From Takakia lepidozioides (lineage: Eukaryota > Plantae > Bryophyta): a stretch of DNA of 64,000 nucleotides. The stretch is taken from positions 13,392,001 through 13,456,000 of the forward strand of contig CM060734.1 in assembly GCA_030704615.1 (NCBI GenBank), read 5' to 3'. A program made the position numbers and the translations under genes. Positions 58,801-64,000 of the stretch are shown here, one piece after another (within the stretch, counting starts at the first letter, position 1; each line of letters opens with the position of its first letter). Under the pieces are notes generated by a model. That model saw only the letters and a list, made by a program, of their open reading frames with translations. It searched no databases and was not told the DNA's origin.

Positions 58801-61800
58801 TTTTTGTTACCTTCCAAACTTTGCCAGCACGTTCCAGACACCCTCTCACAGGTCCCGGACTAATATCAGATCAATCGAAAACTCATTCGATGGCTCAACG
58901 GATGGTTGGCCATCGAAATGATTTTGGTTCGCTTTGAGACTTGGCCACTATGTTCAATGTGCCATGTAAGAGGCCCCAGAGTAATATGAGATCAATCGAA
59001 ATTCGTTCAATGGGCCAACGGATGGTTGCCCATCCAAATGATTTTCGTTCGCTTTCAAACCTTGGCCAGTGTGTTCAATGTACACCCTCTGATACGTCCC
59101 AGTGTAATACGAAATCAATCGAAAATCGTTCCATTGTCCAATGAGGCGTTCACTCGTCATCTGGTTTTTGTTCAATGCGAAAAAGAAATCCTGCAATGCG
59201 TGCACGGCTATTGCATCCCATTGAACGGTTGTGGTTGAAGCCCCTCTTTTGCCCGCACGTGCTCGAACACGTGTGCGACACATGTGCGGAGACACAACAG
59301 ACGAATAAATCATTTGCCTCCCCATCGACGCGCTCCCCCCTCAAGCCATTCCACATTTTTAATTGAATTTAAATTTATTTTAAGCCAATAAATAGGTTTG
59401 CACTGCCTTTCAGTGGGGGTTTCTGGCACGTATCGATTTTGTTTTTGGCTCAATTTCGTTCTGCGGCTCCAGCATCCCACGGCTACTCCCCCGCCAAAAT
59501 TTGGACCAATCAAAAATGCCCCCCCAAAAAAGGTGTTCTCTTTCGCTCACTATTGCATAACTCTCTATGAAGTCAGAGGGTGTACATTGAACACACTGGC
59601 CAAGGTTTGAAAGCGAACGAAAATCATTTGGATGGGCAATTGCAAACATCATGCAAACTGAATCAAGTGATGAAGACAATGAGTCTATTGAAGAGGGATC
59701 TAATCTGTTTGAAATGGCAGTGGCCTCTCTTGAGATAGAGAATACTCACGATGGAAGCCCCTGGTACTTTGACTCGGGGGCATCCAAACATGTGACGGGA
59801 AAGAAAAGTAGTTTGGACAGCTTTGAGGCCTCTGTGAATGATGGACGTGTGAAGTCTGCAGGAGGGCAGACTCACACTGTGAAAGGCAAAGGCAAAGCCA
59901 CATTTGTAACCCCTTCAGGAATAAAAAGGATTGACGAGGTTCTCTACGTACCGGGTCTGACCAAAAATTTGTTGTCAGTCGGATCTATAGCGGACAAGGG
60001 ACACATCGTTGTGTTTGATTTGCATAGATGTCTAGTAATGTCCAAAAATGGGTCCAAACAGATAGTAGCAAAAGGGATTCGTGATCCTAGAAATGGTCTC
60101 TATAAGATGGATATACAGCAGATAGAAGTAAATGATGTGTCATCGAGAGAGAAGGAAGTCATGTTGTGGCATCAAAGGCTGGGGCATGTAGGCTCTCAGA
60201 ACATGAAGCTACTGGAAAAGCAAAATCTTGCAGAAGGGTTGCCAATGCTTGATGACCTAGATGAAACCTGCGAACATTGCATGGCAGGGCGACAAGTCCG
60301 AGAGCCAGCTCCAAAAATCAGCACAAGAAGGGCGAACAGGCCGCTCGAGTTGGTTCACACTGACCTATGTGGACCATTGCCAACAACATCATTACGCGGT
60401 TCTAAGTATTTTGCTACCTTCACTGATGATTATAGGAGATTCACTTGGATATTTTTTCTCAAGAAGAAGTTAGAGACCTTGGAGAAATTTAAACAGTTTA
60501 ATCTACTTGCCGAAAATCAGACCAAGGAGAAGCTAGTAGCGCTCCGATCAGACCGTGGAGGTGAGTTTACATCATCGGCCTTCGTCAATTTTTGCAGAGA
60601 ACATGGGATTAAGAGGGAGTTGACACAAGCATATACTCCTCATCAAAATGGAGTTTCTGAAAGGAAGAATCGAACGCTGTTGGAAAAGGCTCGGAGCATG
60701 TTTATACCCAGCAAACTCCCAGATTATCTTTGGATAGAGGCTGTGAATGCGACAAACTATTTGGCCAATAGACTTCCTACTCGTGCAAACGAAGGTATGA
60801 CCCCCATTCATAAGCTTACAGGTGAGAAACCTTGCCTAGACCAATTGGAGTCTGGGGTTGTGAGGCGTTCATTCATTTTGCCAAGAATAAGAGAAATAAA
60901 CTTCAATCCAAGTCCGAGCGATGCCTTCTAGTAGGGTATGATGAGCAGAGCAAAGCATACAGGTTGTTCTATCCAAAGAAGAAAATCATTGAAATTAGCA
61001 AGGATGTCAGATTCAATGAGTCCCAGTTTGGATTTAGGGCAAATGATGCTGATGCACTACAAGGACCGACACAAATCAGTTAGTTTGTCTTCGGGGAAGT
61101 GAAAGATGACTTGAAAACTAAGCTTCCTGCATCACCTGCTACAATACAAGAGCGTGCTTTGTCAAATGATGGAAACACCGATGCATCTGAAGGGTTTTCT
61201 GACAGTGAAATTGAGACGATGCAAGGAGTGACATTACCTTTGATGCATGATGGCTCTTCGTTGGATAGTGGCAACATCTCGAGAGAAATACAAGCACACT
61301 CGAGAGAGAATATTGAGGAGAATATGCCACGGCAATCAACAAGACATAAACGTCTACCAAAGAGGTACACTGACTTCATTATGTCCATAGAAGAGCAGGA
61401 ACCTGTAACCTTTGAAGAAGCGATTGTGAGTAGAGGCTGGAGAGAAGCTATGAACTCTGAAGTCGATCGCTAAAAACAAAACGTGGGAGTTGGTAGATCT
61501 TCCTTCGGGGAAACAACCCATAACAACAAAATGGGTGTACAAGATAAAAATGGGATCAACTAGAAAGCCTGAAAAAATTAAAGGCAAGGCTTGTGGCTAG
61601 GGGATTCCAACAGGTTGAGGGTTTGGATTATGATGAGACGTTTGCACCAATGGTAAAATGGGCGATAATCAGAACCGTTATTGCCATGGCTGCTCATGAG
61701 GGATGGGAGATCAATCAATTAGACGTGAATATGACAACAGAAGATCAACAAGTGGCTTCATTTTCAGGTTGGGAGCATGACCCATAAGTTGGCTGAGTAA

Positions 61801-62502
61801 ACGTCAACCAACTGTAGTCTTATCATCGAGAGAGGCTGAATATAGGTCATTATCAGATAGCACCAAGGAGTCTGTTTGGCTGAAACGAATGCTTCAAGAA
61901 TTGAGTCTTGCAGACGAAAGGGCGCCTATTCAGATGTACTATGATAATCTGAGTTGCATTAAGATAGCGCATAACCCTATTTTCATGCTAGAACTAAACA
62001 CATAGAAGTCCAATATCAGTTAGTTCGAGAACAGATTTTGTTAGGGAACCTAGAGGTCAATTATGTCTCAACCACCGAACAGATAACGGACATTCTAACA
62101 AAAGCCTTAGGAAGACTCAAGTTTGAGAAGTGCAGATTCGAAGTAGGCCTGAGGAGTTTGCAAGAAGTTAGAGGTCCACACTAGAATTCTATAATTGTGG
62201 TTTGAGAGGGAGTGTAGAAATAACAAACCACCTGATCTGTAACTATAAAGTCAGGGTTATCTATAACACACAAATAGAACTAGAGTCAGCAAGATTTGCT
62301 ATAAAGTAGTTAGTCATCAATGAAAGAGACAACTGGGTAGATAGAAATTAAGCCCCGATAGAGTTATTAGCACACGGCATGCTGTAAACATAGGTAGGTG
62401 AGGTTACTGATATATGACCTGTAAGTCTGTGTCTCATATTACTGTTCTTGTGGAGATCTATTATAGTAAAGCTTGAGCTTCATGTTGCTGATTTTTGTAA
62501 CA
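55831..62502 (+). mobile_element. Ty1/Copia LTR retrotransposon with both LTRs, defective (RT largely deleted, satellite inserted)
   Basis: 5' LTR 55831-56098 and 3' LTR 62213-62502, both TG...CA. TSD TCCAT at 55826-55830 and 62503-62507. PBS TGGTATCAGAGCC (tRNAi-Met) at 56099 and PPT gagagggag before 62213. Gag knuckle CYNCGEPGHWAREC, protease WYFDSGASKH, integrase VHTDLCGP/LRSDRGGEF/QNGVSERKNRT. RT stops at QLDV (about 61727) and jumps to RNase H. Confidence 0.97.
57037..59639. repeat. Satellite array, about 1029-bp monomer (about 2.5 copies) plus a 67-bp inverted terminal piece; same family as 1615-3674
   Basis: acgtcccagtg recurs at 57037, 58065 and 59094. Internal subrepeats of about 120 bp. 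59573-59639 is the reverse complement of ttgcccatcc...ccctctga. Confidence 0.96.
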
Positions 62503-62797
62503 TCCATTGTCCCCTCTGCGTAGCGAACATTTGTAAGACAGAATGTTGTTCAAGTCCGAAGTAAAATATGGTCTTTGAGGACAACTTGGCAGGTGTAATA
62601 TCCACTTGCGCTTAAATTAAATTGAATCATCTACTTAAGTTTCGAGCTGGTTTGTCGTGAAGGAACAATCCTCTTGGAGCTGGATATGCAAACATAATGT
62701 GTAAAAACAACATTTTCGTGAACATGAGTCGTGCTAGTTGTAATGCGAATTGGGAGAGACCTAGAATACAGATTGCTCACAGGTCTGCCTCTCCTCC

Positions 62798-63397
62798 TGT
62801 GAATTTTCCCTAGTTCAACGACACACAGGAAGTTGAAGAACTCAAAATGACAACAGGTTGAAAACTCGTTGAAAACTTACAAGATGAATTGAAGTGTACC
62901 TGCAAGTTGAAGATCACTGTGAGACACCTGACAATGATATATCACATGCTGCTACAACGAATGCAGATCTCGTTAGTGTTGTGCACAAACTCTTAAACCC
63001 CAAGCCCCGGGAGCTGAGGCTAGGGATGTTGGAATTCGACAGAGAATAGAGATAAAAGATGAACTGATTACTGAGAACTCTCCACCCAACCATAGGACCA
63101 CAACAAGCTGTGTGTCCACCCTCCGAGCTCTCCCTATTTATACTCAAAGTCTAATCCAGAAATAGCTGAGATAACTATAGCATAACTCCATGCTTTTACT
63201 TAAGTTATCTCCACCTGCTATTCTGGTACAATGACTTGAGTCACTAATAACTGAAGCTAACTTTAGCTATCTTTTAGCTAACCGAGGCTTATATCTATTG
63301 TTAACTGTGACTTGTCGGCACTACTATTATGGAAGCCTGACTTGTCATCACAATAACTCTAGGTAGTAGTAACTTGGTCAGGAGTTGATTTCCAACA
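62798..63397 (-). mobile_element. Possible solo LTR or LTR remnant
   Basis: Minus strand begins TGTTGG at 63397, with TATAAATAGG near 63140 and a possible CA end near 62798. No matching TSD. Confidence 0.35.
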
Positions 63398-64000
63398 AAG
63401 GAATCCATGAGAGTTTTGTCCAGCATTATGTACAGCATCGATTGATCTATCAAGCACTTCGAATGCGTTTAATTTTACTATTTGTCCAGCATCAGTTCAC
63501 CAGGACTCACCTAGAAAATTGTTTTGCCAGGGATGCCCATGTCGCCTAGCATTGTCAATTTCCTCCTTCTATGAACTCATAGGCTAAACCCCCGACAGAG
63601 ATTGTTCTGGTACCAGTACTCACGGTTGTGAACCAAGCTGGCCAGCTATTCTTTGGGGTGTCCAACTCGAGCTCCGGCCTCAATTATGGACAAATTCTTC
63701 CACTCTTCATCCGAGTCTGCCATAACTGTATATCTATCGATCCTTGGACAGTCTCCCAAGATAGGTCAAGAACTAGTTAAAACATAATTTCTGATGGAGT
63801 CTTCGGAGTTCTTCACTGTTGCTGTGTCATTGGGCCCGATGATTATTTGCAAAAATTATCACGGGAAACTGCGATAGAGCCTGGCAGACTACACACTCAA
63901 GGCGGCCTAGCAAACTGAAATTTATGTACATTGTTCACAACAGCTTCAGTGGGGGACGAGACCAAACCTTCACGGGTGGAAAAGTAGGTATTGTCCAAAC

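Noticed and set aside
63420-63620. Kinase-like words (LAYEFIEGGN, IDAVHNAG) on the minus strand
   Set aside because: Too fragmentary and interrupted by stops, with no HRD or DFG equivalents seen.

Overview
Eukaryotic nuclear DNA from a land plant, most likely a flagellated-sperm lineage (bryophyte, lycophyte or fern), judging from an SSNA1/DIP13 gene. The window is a mosaic of decayed retroelements and satellite DNA around a small island of intron-containing host genes. The host genes are an ALT/MKS2-type acyl-ACP thioesterase (-), SSNA1/DIP13 (+), a group-3 serine acetyltransferase (-), an RPT1 proteasome ATPase that is an unprocessed pseudogene (+), and an LOH2-like ceramide synthase (-). 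The most notable element is a Ty3/Gypsy retrotransposon at about 10.3-16.7 kb (-), whose polyprotein reads Gag, zinc knuckles, aspartic protease, then a C5 cytosine DNA methyltransferase domain (motifs I, IV PCQ, VI ENV). A second protease copy of the same family and a likely matching RT/RNaseH/integrase lie at 41-43.6 kb. Also present: a complete Copia element (TSD TCCAT) 68 bp upstream of the ceramide synthase ATG, carrying a 2.6-kb satellite array inserted without a clear TSD and with a terminal inversion. A 404-bp derivative of that satellite sits at 1.6-3.7 kb. Other features are a tandem Gypsy pair sharing one LTR with extra ORFs, two atypical LINE fragments, an Agenet-domain ORF and a six-unit palindrome array. 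All calls come from reading motifs by eye; no database search was run.
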